Assembly: GCA_004764695.1 (NCBI GenBank)
Contig: SMSO01000005.1
Span: forward strand, 1,178,001-1,242,000
DNA: 64,000 nucleotides
DNA from: Schizochytrium sp. TIO01
Lineage: Eukaryota > Protista > Bigyra: Labyrinthulomycetes
Direction of reading: 5' to 3'
Below are positions 32,998-47,300 of this stretch, in pieces; the stretch's first letter is position 1; each line of letters begins with the position of its first letter. Position numbers and translations under genes: made by a program. A model generated the notes under the pieces. It was not told the origin of the DNA and did no database searches. It worked only from the letters and a program-made list of their open reading frames with translations.

Positions 32998-34269
32998 TTA
33001 GTACAAACTGCCTACTGCTGAATCATCGTCGGACGATCCAGATCCTGCAAGATCAAATGTGTCCAGCTCATATTCTGAGGCCACGCGGATGCAAAATTGA
33101 AGAGGTTGCGTGCAGAACGGGACAAGCATATAAACCATATCTGCCTTGAGTTCGATGCGAGCTCCAGTCATGCTGCTCTTGCGACCAGCAGGTATACATG
33201 TCTGCAGAAGAAAATCTTGCGACCAGAACACCCGTGGATCATCACACGCTTCGTAATCCTCTCCGGGTACAACATAAATGTCCATTCCGGTGCCCTTGAT
33301 GAAATTAATATCATTGAGCAGCTCAAACGTCACAATTGCATGAACACTTACATTTCCACGGGCTGTGAGCACGTACTGCGGCGAATCATCATAATCATCA
33401 TTCTCGAACTCCTCGTCTTCATCCCGGTCGTCCTCTTCTTGTTCCGGAAAAACTCCGTAAAATTGCGTGAGCGACCAAGACTGTGGGGGCTTGTAGCACA
33501 CAGAAATAGCATCATCAACGGTGCTGTCAAGGTCAAACCACGTGAGCTGATTGGAGGGTGTCTGCACGATATTTCCCGCAATAGCACCAAGCTTGCACCC
33601 TCGCCAGAGCGTAGCCTGGGATCCTGTGCAGCCTTTGGCGACAGCAAAACCCGTAACGATCCACTCAAGGTTGCCACTGCGAACGATGGCAACAGCTGTG
33701 CAATTGCCTTCATAAAAGGCCCTTCCAAGCTGATCTTTAGCAGAAGTCACGATAAAACCTCCGCTCAAGTGCACAAGCATAGCCTCAGAAGATCGCTCCT
33801 CGTTACAACCGGCCATAGAAACGTAGTTCTGGCGACGACGAGACGTTCTGAGAGCAAGGGCCTCGACAGTGTCGCAGCTTGGAGTCGAAAGCGCGTCGGG
33901 TTGTGAAGATGCATGAGCATCCATGGACATGCCAGCGATAGAGTTCGCCTCGACAGAATCCTCGAGCTCAGCAGCCTCAGATGCAGAAAGAAAAGCCGCA
34001 TCCTCGACAGATTCGCCACAGCCAGACCCTGTATCCGAGACGCCAGACAGGTCCACAAGGACATCATCAGCGTTGGTGGAGACTTCTTTCGGCTCGCCGC
34101 TGTGGGATACGCCGGCAGATTTGGAGAGAGCGAAGTGACTCACAAGATCACCGTTCTGCATGCAGCTATGATAGTCTGAGAGAAGGAAGCCTTTGACAGC
34201 GCCGGCAGTCGCGAGAACGGCGTCCAGGCGCTCGTCCATGCCCACAGGCGCGGAGACTACGGGGTCCAT
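32998..34269 (-). CDS. Hypothetical protein with possible C-terminal calpain domain III (C2-like) module
   Basis: ORF from ATG 34269 (MDPVVSAP). C-terminus SPQYVLT...GMDIYVV...YMLVPFCTQPLQFCIRVASE resembles the calpain-III pattern NPQF/Y..YvivP..F.lRv.s. The CDS is solid; the domain call is tentative. Confidence 0.7.
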   Translation of the reverse strand: MDPVVSAPVGMDERLDAVLATAGAVKGFLLSDYHSCMQNGDLVSHFALSKSAGVSHSGEPKEVSTNADDVLVDLSGVSDTGSGCGESVEDAAFLSASEAAELEDSVEANSIAGMSMDAHASSQPDALSTPSCDTVEALALRTSRRRQNYVSMAGCNEERSSEAMLVHLSGGFIVTSAKDQLGRAFYEGNCTAVAIVRSGNLEWIVTGFAVAKGCTGSQATLWRGCKLGAIAGNIVQTPSNQLTWFDLDSTVDDAISVCYKPPQSWSLTQFYGVFPEQEEDDRDEDEEFENDDYDDSPQYVLTARGNVSVHAIVTFELLNDINFIKGTGMDIYVVPGEDYEACDDPRVFWSQDFLLQTCIPAGRKSSMTGARIELKADMVYMLVPFCTQPLQFCIRVASEYELDTFDLAGSGSSDDDSAVGSLY

Positions 34270-35339
34270 GAGGGTGGATGAAGGGGGCGAAACGTCCAGA
34301 GAGAGAGAGAGAGAGGGAGAGAGATGCGGGGAAGGGGCAGATAGAGAAAAAAGAAACCCGGATGCGACTTTCAAATGGCTTAGGGTGCCGCTGGCCACAG
34401 CGGGGCCGAGCAAATGGGGCTTTGCGCTCCAAGAGAATTTGACCTAATATTACCCATCCATGATTGTTGTTTTCCTTTTCCTTTTCTCGTAAATTACTGG
34501 CTAGCACTTACCTATGTTCGGATAGTAATGTTTCCATAATAATAATCGTGTTGTGATTATGATCATTCATTTTTTTATGATGTATTCTGATACCAGCGAA
34601 TTTTAGGCACTCTGGAAAAGGTTGGGCGTGCGGGAAGGTCCTATAATGGCCAAAGTACATCGCGGGGTGTTGATCTTTGAAGCAACATAAGTTGCGAGAG
34701 TATCTGCAAGGCTTTCGAAGAAAGTGAGTGAGTGGCTGGTAATGTAGAGGTGAGATATTCTTCATAGCAAATCAACATTACGCATAGTTGATAGTAAGTT
34801 AGCTAAGTATTACTTTAGTAGTTGCGAATAAATGCGCAACAGGATTCAAGATGTCTCCACGCTGTCCTGGATATCTAAAAATATCAAAGACGCTCATGAT
34901 TGCAGATATGCACGCCTACATAGGTGCTTACGATACGGAAATAAGGTCATAGCTTACACGGCACATCATTGTGGATTCGTAAGTATGAGCAAACAGCCTC
35001 TTGCATGGGACATTTATCATGGGTCAACTTTTGGAGTGATGAGAAGAAAGAGTCCATATAACTAATGCATTACAAAGGTGGATAAGGGGGTACGCAGTAA
35101 AAGGATTACAGAGTAAGAAATGGAATCAAAAGTTGTCTTTGAGGGAGTCAAAGAAACTGCTCCCAGCGAGGCCCCACTTTGAGTGAGGTACTTACCTAGG
35201 TAATCTATAGACACTGTAAAAGTTTGGGGAGATGCGACACATCTTGAAAAGAACTTAAACAACGAATGATTGCAAGCCCGAAGGTGGTTTTTTAGTGTGA
35301 CTAAATGTAAACTGTAGTTGTAAAATTATGGTTAATTGA

Positions 35340-38300
35340 TTATGAATCGATGTTGAGGGAAAGCGAGACACCCTGGAGAACCCATCGGCTAGGATGTTCG
35401 GCTGTAGACAAATCGGCAGAGAACACCAGACCCACACCCATGGCATTACGACGGTCCTGGGTGACATAGACAGGTGTTTTGAGAGTATCTTGCAATTTAA
35501 GCTTACTTGCTTCAATGGGAATTACACGAAGCAATGGCAATTCTTGGACCAGGACCTTGGGAGGCTGCGGGATAAGGCAGCTCTCCTCTAAGTCCCAAGC
35601 TGCGCCTTCGAGATAAAGGCCAGAGACGTAACAACCCATTTCAGGTCGTTCCTCAACCTGATCTGGAGAGCTAAATTTTGTTACCTTGGTATACATGACA
35701 CTCTTATCCAAAGGCCAGTTGCGTTGGCGACAAGCTGCTTGTACAAGAGCAGTCAGATAAGACTCTGGAATATGTAAACCAGAAAGCCACATAACCTTGG
35801 GCTCACCTTCCTCAATCCAAGATTCATACTGCTCGAAACGATGTTTGAAGTGCTCAATCCAGGATCCCAGACCCTTTTGAGTGTTAGGGCATAAACGACG
35901 CCACATGCCAGGAAGATATCCATTGAACAGAGAAGAAGCGAGCTCATCGAGCGACTCACTCATACCAATCTCTCCCTTGAGAGCACGTTTAAGATCAACA
36001 AGGGAAGAAGCCATAGTAAGTACGAGCACGTTCCAACGCTCAAGCTCCTGCAATAACACAATCGCTGTTGGACTTGGCACGCCAAGCTTCTTCTTGACAA
36101 CGAGAATATCTACAGGCTCTGGGACATTACGCTGAATATTTTCGGCGGAGCGTTCAATCACCTCTTCGCGAGACATACCGCCAGACGAAGACGCGGTTCG
36201 AGGCTGCAAATCAACTAAATTCTTCCAAAGGCTACGCGTGGCACTTGTAAGATATCCAATTTCTGCATTAGGATGAAGTCCAAACACAGAAGGACCACAG
36301 TTGAGGGGCATTTTCTCAACATGATTACGCAAGCTTTCAAGATCATTGTCCTCAGGTAGATCGTATTCAAAGCCAGCTTGGGAAAAGAAGAACTTTTGGC
36401 AGTCATCGAACAAGAAATCGCCCATGTACTCATCAACATACGTCAAAAGTACGCGTCGGTCGTAATCGTCAGAGACACGACCACCATACATAGCACTTCC
36501 TACCAGGTAGCTAATACTACCCCACGGAATCATCTCATCGCCGTTATCGAGCGCCTTATTCAAATACAAAGATACAAGACGACGCGATACTGCATAGTCA
36601 CTGCCAGCAAAATCATAGGCAACGTTGAAGCCAATTTTACCATACTTACGGCGCTCTTGAACAACAGCATGAAGGAAAGTTAGCACGTAGACAAGTGGAC
36701 GATAAGCCGGATGGTCACACTCTTCTAAGACATTCTCGTCAAGGCGAGCCAGTGTGGAACGCATGTTTAGCTTCAAGCCATCAGGCGGCTCAGTCACAAC
36801 CTTCAACGAGCGCTGCAAAATACCCATGGGAAACTTATCCGTGGGATCAGTGGTCATCCACAAGCGGAATGCTGGGTTAACTTTGTGCATGGTCTCAAGA
36901 ACCTTTTCAAGATCACGCAGCCATGAGATAAGCAAGTGACAATTTTGCAATAGTACCCAGTGTCCACGCGCTGCACCAGTCTCGAGCAATTGCATAGCTA
37001 GAGGTCCCTGACCTTGACCAAGAGACACTGTCTTGAACAGGTTGCCAGCAAATCCAAGCTCTTCACCAAGAACTTGAATATCCAGAGCAGGATCTGCACC
37101 AGGAGACAAAATGAACACCATCGGTGTGTACTCTGTTGACTGATTGTAAATTCGCTGGAAATTTAGCACTGGGGGCTGCACATACTTTTCACCAAGGCGA
37201 GGATGGCCCATGATGAATAGCTTTACAGCATTGTACACACGATCCGGGCGGAAGCAACGGGTGAGAAGAAGACCCTCAAAAGAGTTAAGCTTTTTCGCAT
37301 AACCTTCTGGAAATGGCTCCATTTCCGGCGCTTCCAATTCGTACCAAGCACTCCAGGCAGACTCGTTCTGCTCAAGGGACTGAGCAATTCCTTCAAATGC
37401 AGCACCCATGGAATCGAGTTTGAGCAGATCTTTCCATCCAGAATCAGAGATCCACTCGCATGGTTTCTTACGAGTATCACCATCTGAGGAGATAGAGGTA
37501 TCTCCCTTCAGAAAGAAGTCAAGCTGAGCGCGATCAAGCTCCCCATCACCATCCATAATCATGCATGTTAGCTGCAGTGAAAACATTAACTTATGCCGCT
37601 CGAAGATACCAGTACAAGTGTAGTCATACAATTGTCGTGTAGCTTCTTCGATCATGTGCCTCAACCGATTTTCGAGAATACCATCCTTCTTAGCATCGTT
37701 CAAACTCTTGCGAAAGACTGTCAAGAAAGAAGCGAGGGAAGTTTCATACATACGCATGAGCGTAGATAATCCAGACAATGCAAAGAATAGAATTGACCCG
37801 CGCTTTGCCACGGGCTCATACTGTCTACGGGCTGCCTGAATCTCTTCCTTCGTGAACGTAGCATTCTCAATTTGAGCGTGAATGTCAACAGCCTTGGTCT
37901 TTGCCTCCTCAAGAGTGGCAATGAGTTCGACATTATCAAGAATGTTACCAGTAGATGAGGCAAGTGTTTTAAGCAGCGTATCCTCGAGTTGAGCAAGAGC
38001 TTGGGTGTTGTCACTCATTTGCGTCACAATTTCGGCAAACTTTTCTTCAATATCTGCACGCTCATGACCGACAACAACATTGAGAAGCTGATCCGCCAGA
38101 CCAGAGATTGTTACGCTGTAGTTGATGATCATTGTCTTACCCATAACTTCAGGAGTGTAGTGAGGATTGGCAAGCTTTGTCGTCAGATAAAGACGGAAGT
38201 TAGAATCCCAATCAACCTTTTTGTCTCCTAAGACAATCATACGCTGGCCGTTTTCTACGATTGTATTTCGTTCAAGCACAGGATCGATCATAGGATCAAG

Positions 38301-41300
38301 CTCTTCATCAACGTTTTCAAAGAGGTATGGGTTACCGAACTGAATAGCCAATTCCAGATGCTTCATGAAGTCGCCATCGCTAAAAGTGCGAACCGTAAGG
38401 TTGTTTGCTGCCTCCTTACGCTTAATCCATTTAACTGCTTGCTGTTGAGGATCAATACACAGAGGGAAGCGTGAACAGTTGGTGGTGAGAATACCATTTT
38501 GAATAGAATGGTCATCACCGGGAAGACCTTCACCGTTCCACTTTTGTATCTCTACATCATCAGTGAGCAAGGTTTCAACCTTGAAATCACCGGAGAGTGG
38601 AACCCCACGTTCACGAATATCAGGCTCCCAACTATCTTGCATAAGTTCACGGCGATATTTGGAAGTGAACACACCAAGATAAGATAAGAATGATGCACCC
38701 AAAAGACAATCACCTACAAGCTCAATCGTCTTGCTTTCCAAACCTGCGATATCTTTGCTCCAGCGGACCTTCTCTGAGCTTAAACCTTCAATGAGTTTAC
38801 TTGCGGCGCTGAGACGCTTTTCCATCAATTGGGCTTCATCACGCAAAGCCGTGAGCTCCTCGTTTGCTGCGGAGAAGTTCTTGTTCAATTCTGCAAGCTG
38901 TTTCTCGAGTTCATCAAGCTTTTGCATAATCTCCCCAAGTTCCTTCTCAGCAGAAGCTTTCTGTTTCTCAAGATCGCGCACCTTGTTACGAAGGGGTTCA
39001 ACATTTTTGGCGACCTCGTGGTACTTCACAATAGCAATGACCCATTGAAAGAGACCAGCACCAGCCTTGGAAATCTTTTTCATGTTGTCCATGTTAAATT
39101 CTGGGTCACGAAAGTAGGTCTTGACTTTACGGATCATCTTTTCAGTAATGGAGTCCTTGTCATATGCCTTAAGGGAGGCGAGGAAATTACTTTGACCCAT
39201 CATGGCCTTTGCGCCCTTCCAGCCCTGGTTTTCTTCCTCAGTTCCAGTGGGGCGAAGGTAGACAACACACATACAGACAGAAGCGACGGCGGGAGGGGGT
39301 GAGGCAAAAGCCTTGATTTCAGTAATATCGTTCTTATCGAGGTTGTCAAGAGCCTCCGCAGCAGCCTCAAGGGCGGGAAGTGCCTCCAAAAGCTGCTCGT
39401 CAGCTTTGGCCTTCTCGACAACAATTATTTCGTTGCTCTCCTCCAACTCTTTCTTTTTTATCTCAGCAGCCTCTTGTTGTTCGGCGGCCACCTTTTGCTT
39501 GGAGTCAATGTCTGCAATCATAACCTGGCAATCTTTGGTCTTGCCATCCACGATGATCTTCTTGGCAGCAAGTTCTTTACTCATAGCATCAACCGCAACC
39601 TCTGCTTCTTGTAGTTTTGTGAGACCACCACCGAGACGTTTCATATTGTCCTCTACCTTGCGTTTATTCTCCTTCATCCCTGAGCGGTAGTTTGCAAGGT
39701 AATCCAAAAAGTTCTTTGGTGTAACGTAGTTGTGACGACGGAGTTCGCCATAAAATCGTTCGCTGGCTTCAATCACACCCTGGTGAACAACAACCATGTG
39801 CTCAACAATTGATTCACGCTGCTGTTCTGGAAGCGGCTCATCTTGCAAGAAGTAGTTTGCTACAGACCTTAAAGCGTCTGCAGGCCATGGAAAAAACCAA
39901 TCAATGACACATCCACTTACAAGTCCCGGGAAGTTACGGCAGCGAACACGGAGTGTCTCTCCACTGGGAGACATAGCTAAAACAATATGCAAGTTCATGC
40001 GGCACTTACGTACATAAAAAGCCCATAGGTTATCCTTGGTGTCAATAAGGCCAGCTGCCTTAGCTTCGCCGCGAACTCCGTTACAAGCAGCATCTTTCTC
40101 GTCGTTTTCCAAGAGAGCTGGGACCATGCCTGTGGTAAGCATATTATTGATGAGTTCCAAAAAGCCTTCCTCCACAACATGCGCGTCAGTGAAGAGGAAG
40201 ACAACTGGACCTTCTCCGAGCATACGGTAAAGTTCCTTAAGATCTTCACGGAATTCTTTTTCACCATATCCTCGAGACAGTGTAATCTCAAAAATCTTGT
40301 AGCCGCATGCAAAGGTTGCAAGGCGAGTGAGAGATTGTTTACCACTACCACCAACACCAACGAGCAGGCAGTGACCAAGAGGCAGACCAAGCACACGATA
40401 GATACGGCATAAATGTTCAATGGCCATTTCAAACAGGACCAACGTCATTGGTTTGTTATCAACATTGTAAAGTTCTAGAATTTCATCGAAAACCTTACGC
40501 ACATTGTCGAATGAAGCAAGGTCCTTATAAATCATCGGGTCTTCTGCTTCTTCAGCAAGGCGTGGGACAGCCTGCATGAAATCACCAAACAATAAGGGTT
40601 CTTGCATTGTTAGTTCCGTGTGTTCTGGAAAATTCTCGGCAAGAATTGTGCAAAACTCTTCATTTGTGAACAATTGATCTTCCTCGGAGATTAAACGATC
40701 GAAGAAGACGCGAGCACACTCGTTTCTCCACAAGCGAACCACACTGCCCGGCTTTCCATCAAATTCATCGGGTGTAGCGCGACATAGACCTTCAAAAATG
40801 CGTCCAAGATCACGTAAGTTAAACACATAATGAAATTTAGACGGCGTCGGAGGGAGGGCGACAAGAAGTGAGTTGTATAGGCGCAGTGTTGCGCTCGTGA
40901 TCTTGGGTCCGAGACCAACAACACCATCATCAAATCTGTCTTTTAGGTAGGAGGTGATAATGGAGCTGTAAATGTGCGTGAGGACTGCTTCACTCGGCGG
41001 AACAAGGTTGAAGACGTTGAAGAGCGACACAAAGCGAGGATCAACGTTATTCCTGCCACCTCCAGGTGGGCCCATAGCAGCAAAGAAGTGAAGGTCCTTG
41101 TAAATGCGAAGATCAAGATCCTTACCACGATCATACATGGCACCGTTGCTGACTAAGAAGTGTAATAATGCAATTGGAGCTTGAGTACCGTAGGTATCAA
41201 CAATTGGCATATTCATATCATCAATGAAGATCAAGAGTTGTTTACCAGCAGGCGGTCCATAAATACGGCCTGTTCGTTTGTCAACGACATCTACAATGTT

Positions 41301-44300
41301 ATTTTGCACGTCAAGGCTAGTAGTACGACTGGAGAAGTTCAGGTTAAGCTTCATATGCAGCTCTGGTTTCTGACTATCTATAAAATTCTGAATAGTCACA
41401 GTCTTCGCAGTACCAGGGTCGCCAATAAAGAGGACAGGCTTTTCAACAATCTTTGTCAGGCGCAACAATTGAGTATATAACACATTCTCTTTGGTGGGGA
41501 CCATGATGCGATTAAACTCAAATGGTACAGGCTGCTGGTATTCAGGAACGCGAGCTTCCCATTTTTCCCAACGACTTTGGGTCGTGTCGTAAAAGTAGTC
41601 AAACAGCTTCTCGGGTAGCGCAGTAGTAGAACAACTAAGCACCACGCTTGCAAAACGATCTCTTGAGTCAAATAAGAGCTGCCCACCGATGGCCCACACA
41701 ACTCCAAAAACAAAGAGGCCTTCGATATCGATATCACTAAGTTGCTTTGCATTCTGTGAGTCATCCGGCGCAGCCGCACCTTCACCCTCTTCCCCATCTT
41801 TTTCACTATCTTCGCCCTTGAGACCACCATTGTGAATCATTGCATCCATTAATGCACACAGCTGCTTAACCATGCTCAAATTAGTCACTGGAACAACCTG
41901 GGTAGGTCGCTCAACGATCTCTTCCTCTAGTACACCTTCAAGTACAAAGTCAATACACTTGGGAACGTAAGAATCAAAAAGCTCAAGAAGAAGACCTTGA
42001 AGATGAGCGCGAGCATCTGCTGTTTCAGTATCAAGCTCAGTTTCATCTATTGTGTTTCCACCTTGCTCATCATCATCCCCACCTCGGCGATCGCGCGTAC
42101 GAACCCAACGTTCATAGTACGGCCTATATCCTAAGTTCTTGGGATCAACGTAGACCATACCACATCGGGAAATGGTAGCTGGACTCGCATACTGTAAATC
42201 GTAGGTTTCCATGATGAGCTTTGCATAAGGTTGTAAACGGATACGCTCACCATTGGGCAAAGTAAGCAATCTATTATCGTCCATGACAGAATTCATGTTC
42301 TCAATCCAAAGGGCATCTACATCACCATCAAAGATGAGCCAGCGAATTTCATTCTCGCGGCCTGGTGGAAGAGGGTCGTTCATGGAACGGAACAAATTAC
42401 TCAAAACACCATCAGTCCAGTCACGAGTAATCGGGTCAAGCTCACCATAAAGCTCTGGCAAGGTCTGCGCTTTGGGGTTAAGCACGAACATCTTGATACT
42501 CTGGTCAAATGAAACACCTTGCGCGTTCTGCAAGCACTTCAGCACGACAGACTTTCCACCACCTGTTGGGCCAACAATCATACATGTGTGCCGAGTAAGC
42601 ATTGTCTCATACATCTGGATCGTCTTATCAACTTGCAGTTGAAAGGTCTCCTCGTCTGATGGCCTAAAGTTGTTTTTCTCCAAGTAGCCCTCAATTTCCA
42701 CCTTAAGAGCTTCAAAAGCCACACGAGGGCAGTCGAGACCAGGGAAGAGATCCGTAATGAGACCTCGGAAAAGAGGGACATCATCAAAGACAAACTTGGG
42801 CATGTTGGAATCACGCAAAGCACGCATGAGCACAAGATCCTCTGGCATCTCAGCATACTGGCGCTTTAGACCACCAGCCATAACAAGCACTGATTTGAGA
42901 GCACGCAAACCGAAATCGTAGTGATATTGTTTTGAAAGCTGTCCTTTGGCCAAAGCATAAAGTGTTGTCATCTTCTTAGCAAGGGCTCTAGCAAGACCAA
43001 AACCTTCTGAGAAGAGCATAATTTCACAAATCTGCAATAGATCAGGTACAATCATAGTTACAGGACGGAAAAGAGCCTTCAAGTTATCTGGAAGTTCCGT
43101 GCGACCAGCATATCCAGGATTCATGGTCACGAAAACACCGATCTTTTTGTCAAGACGAATCTCAGAACCAAGACCAATATCGACCTTTTTACGACCAGCC
43201 TTGAGACCACCTTGAATAGCCTGGAGCTGAGCAGATACCACAGAAAGTACCTCAATGTTGATACGATTAAATTCATCAAAGCAACCCCAAGCACCAATTT
43301 GGGCTAAACCAGAGAAAATTGATCCCATAGCCTTCCAATCCAAACCCTCACCGCTGTAATGTTAGAGCGTAAACGGATAGTAAGCGTACCGCGTTAGTTC
43401 ATCTTTCCTTATTTGCACTTGTACCTAAATTTAACATCTAACTCTGTCCATGATCATTACGCTGGGAGAGTAATACACTTACCAATTAATGACAAAGCAT
43501 GGCAATGCCATACCTTTTGCTAAATCCTTCACAGTCTCTGTCTTACCAGTACCTGCAGGTCCTGCAGGCGCAGTGCCTAGGTTGAATGTATGAGCTTGAG
43601 TGATAGTCATATAACAGCGATCTGTTAAAGGCGTGATCACTAGTCGACCATTGAGACCCATAAATTCATAACCGTAGTCAAAGGAACCAGTGCATTGTCG
43701 AATGACAACGTCATCCTTAATCTGATCCCAATAGAAACGAAGCTGAGACTCCCAAGCAAATTCACGCTCATCAAGAATTGAATCTCGAACGAATTTATCA
43801 ACAATATCACGGGCATGCACATCAATAATAAGCAAACTGTTCACCTTTTTGCGCATATGACTAGAGATTTGCTGACGAACCTTATCAACGAGGTCATTGA
43901 GTTGCGAAGTAAGTTTATCAGCAAATTGCTTCATAGCATGCTTGTTGCCATCGCGGACGCGATGGAAAACATCTTCGACCTCCCAAGTCCACCAAATTTG
44001 GGTTCCTAAGAGACCTGTCATACCAATATTATCATCAACCCACTGAACACGATCCTGCTTTGCATAAAAAAAGGTTCCTTCTTTAGAGATTTTCTGAAGA
44101 GACTTACGCATTTCGGTCTCTACAGTGGTCATCCATTGTTCCACAGGTCCTTCTACTGGAGCAGGAGTGGCAAAGCTAAACTCTTCATCTTCACTCGAAC
44201 CCATACCAATTACAGTCTTTGCTCCACGGCCAAATTGGAGATACTTGGTATTATCGAAGAGTTTTAACATGTGTACTTGGATAGAGGTAGGATCAGAGCT

Positions 44301-47300
44301 ACCAAGTACACTAAGTAGCTCATCGTCGGAGATAAAGAAAAAGCGAGGAAAGGAGTTTCTTTTCGTGTCAAGATAGTCACTGAGCGACTTTTGGCATAAA
44401 TCAAGACGCTCACTGAGGGCTCTGAGTGTCTCAATGCGATTCTCAGCATGGCAAGCTTCGACAACATTAGGGTTTTTGGAAGTGCTCACCATAACACCCT
44501 TCCAAGCTTTATCAACTTGATCAAACTTTTTAGCTTCCTCAGGGAGTTGCATACGAATATCCTCTGCGCCAATGAAAATTGACTCCAGATACATCCATTT
44601 GCTCTGTACTTTGAACCAGACATCAATGGTCTCAAGCACATGGTTAAGTTGCTTCTCCCATTTGCGAACTACATCAGCAAATGATACCACAAATCGAGAA
44701 CCCCCCATAGTTTGTAGATTAAGCATATTATCCTCAAGTTCGAGCTTGATGTCATCACATGATTTCAAGACAAAACCCTTGTCAACACCATTCTTCTTGT
44801 ACTTGGCTACACCAAAGCTTGTCTCTTTCCACTTCTCCTCAATATCTTTTAGAGCCTTTTCGATTTTTGCTTCTTGAGTTCCTTCATTGACAATCTCCGC
44901 AATCTCGGCTTCAAAACGTGCCAATTTCATTTCAAAGAGTGCGCCAAGAGTGAAGGTTTTAGGATCCATCTCAAACACAACACCAGTGACCTTCGAGAGT
45001 TTGTCCCAGTGTCGTTTCTTCATGGCATCGTTTTTCAAACTCTGAATAAGAGGAATTGAATCTCGGAAGCGAACAATTGCTTCCTCAACAGCGTCATAGG
45101 TAGGCATAGCACGCAGTTCTTTCGGGAGCTTGCGGAAGCTTCTTTTCCAAGGCCTCCGCACCCTTCAGCAATGCATGTACGTCTAGTTCACTCCACAACA
45201 TGCTCGACATTTCAGCCTCAAATTGTTTCAGCTCAGAGTACAGGCTGTAGATATGTTGTAGTTTGCCTAGCTCAGTCTTGACCTGGTTTAGCTCAGGATA
45301 TGATGTAATGTCAAGATTAAACAGCTTTTGTGCATTGACAATTTGCTCGCGTTCACGAAACATGTGCCCAAGCTTCTCAACATAGTGCTCAACAAGCTCA
45401 ACGCCCTCGTCAAGCTCGCCGTCTCCACTAGATTTCTTGCCTGGACCGGTTGCCTCAAAGGTTCTCTTTAAGTTGTGAACAGTTGTGACAAAATCCTCAG
45501 CTGAATGTTGTGTTACTTTGCGAAACTCTTCTTTTACTGTATCCATTCTGAGATCCTTTGTTTTAGAATCAAGTACAAGCTGGCGCCATGCTTCATCTAG
45601 TGAGCGTGACGTTAGAAATGCATTCTCGCCTTCTTCGATACGCTCTTTGGCCGTTTGCACATCATTTCCAGGGTTCTTTGGTGATGTTGGCACTGCTGAC
45701 AGAGCAGGCTCGTCCGTATCAACAATAAGCCTGTCTGGGACAAGGTTGAACTTTGTAAGCGTTCTGAAACCTTCCATAATGTCTGCGATTTCGAGTTCCT
45801 TCACCATTGTCTTTTCATTTACTGATGTAATTACATGCAGCACGTGCTTGAGCTCCTCAAGATCTTGGGGGTCAGAGTCAAGCACCTTTCGACATTCGGT
45901 AATTTCTTCATTCAAAGCATCGAGGCGACCCTTTGCAATTTCATAAAGGACCATTCCATATTCTATTGTCCATTCCTGTGCACGAGCTGCGAGGCCAGCT
46001 TGCACGGCATAGCAATCGATACGAAGGAAGTCAATGTCTTTGCGCGATGTTTGCCCACGAACTGTATCAGAAAGCTTATCATAAATAGCAATGCGATTAT
46101 CGAAGAACACAGAAGAAGGTTTCTTATCGCGCAGACGCCCTAGTTGGTCTTTTCGTTTTGCATCCCATAATCCATATACCTCATCATAGCGTTGCCAAGT
46201 ATCGAGGTATCTTCGCACAGTTGTGAAGGTTCTCTGAAAGCTATGGTTGAGTTCAAGCATGAGTTTGATTACATGGGGATTCTTTGAAACGTCCTGATAG
46301 AAGCTAAACACAATTGGATCCTCATCCTCGCTAATGATTACAGGCTCGCACTCTTTACACGTGCCACGCATCCATCGGTGGAAACTTTTTGAGCTCTCCA
46401 CAATACTCCTTACAATGCGACTAACATACTTGTAAATATCTGTGAGGGCCGGGGAAACGCTTACATCACTCCCGTTAAGAGTAGCTTGAACGCGGCACAA
46501 AGGTGGACGCATATTTTTTGATCCACCAAGGCCAATGTTACTTTCCTCAGTAGCTGCTTGAGCCGTTACACCACTGTCACGATCGAGACTTAACAAAACC
46601 TCGAACGACGCAATAGCTCGGATGACCATTTTTGTGATCGCATTGTACATACGCTTCTCCCAAAAGTTGTAAAATTCTGCTAAAACAGGACTAGCACCTG
46701 TATTTGAAGAAGCTACTATTTCTTCAACCTTCACTAACAAAGGTCCAATCGATTGATACTTACGAACAAGCGAAGCCACCTTTTCTTGGAGAGATTTCTC
46801 GAGCGTCTCATATAGAACAGATATTTCCATAGTACCATCGGCAGCCTGGGCACTAGAGCTTGCCACAACCTTAGCAGCACTGCTACGGCCTAGACGATCA
46901 GCGAATTGATGTACGTCAACAAGTGCTGCACTTTCGATGCTTTCGATAACCTCCTCAATCATAGATGAGCTTTTGTGAATCTGACCAATCACACTCTGAA
47001 ATTCATTGATTGCTTTCGTGCATCTCTCAATGAGGGTAGGAATATGTAAGGAACACCAGTTGCATGGGTCAAAGCCTTGACGTAGTTCTGCTTGGAGCTC
47101 TCGGAGGCGAGAAGCGACCAGGCGTCGCTCTACAGGATGCAAGCTGTGGAGGATTGCATGATAGTTGCCCAGCATTTCCTGAAGAGATTGTACATAACCA
47201 TGGTATTTTTCCTCTTGAAGAGCTACATTCAGAGCTGCCTCAGGGACTTTGTAGCCCATACGATCAAGGTACTTCGTCTCTCGGATGAGGCGAAGAAGCT

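Noticed and set aside
33097-33906. 269-aa + strand ORF (also 50573-51277, 13753-14322 and many antisense ORFs over the dynein)
   Set aside because: Antisense shadows of real genes with no motifs.
45094-45100. Euplotes-style stop-codon-triggered +1 shift for the dynein
   Set aside because: The conserved RKLPKE sequence lies in the +1 frame about 13 codons before the 0-frame stop, so the shift must occur upstream of the stop.
27426-45138. A universal CTT-C slippery motif shared by all three frame breaks
   Set aside because: It is present at the dynein break and in the 27372-27490 window but absent from 28315-28382, and one hit in a ~40-codon window is easily chance.
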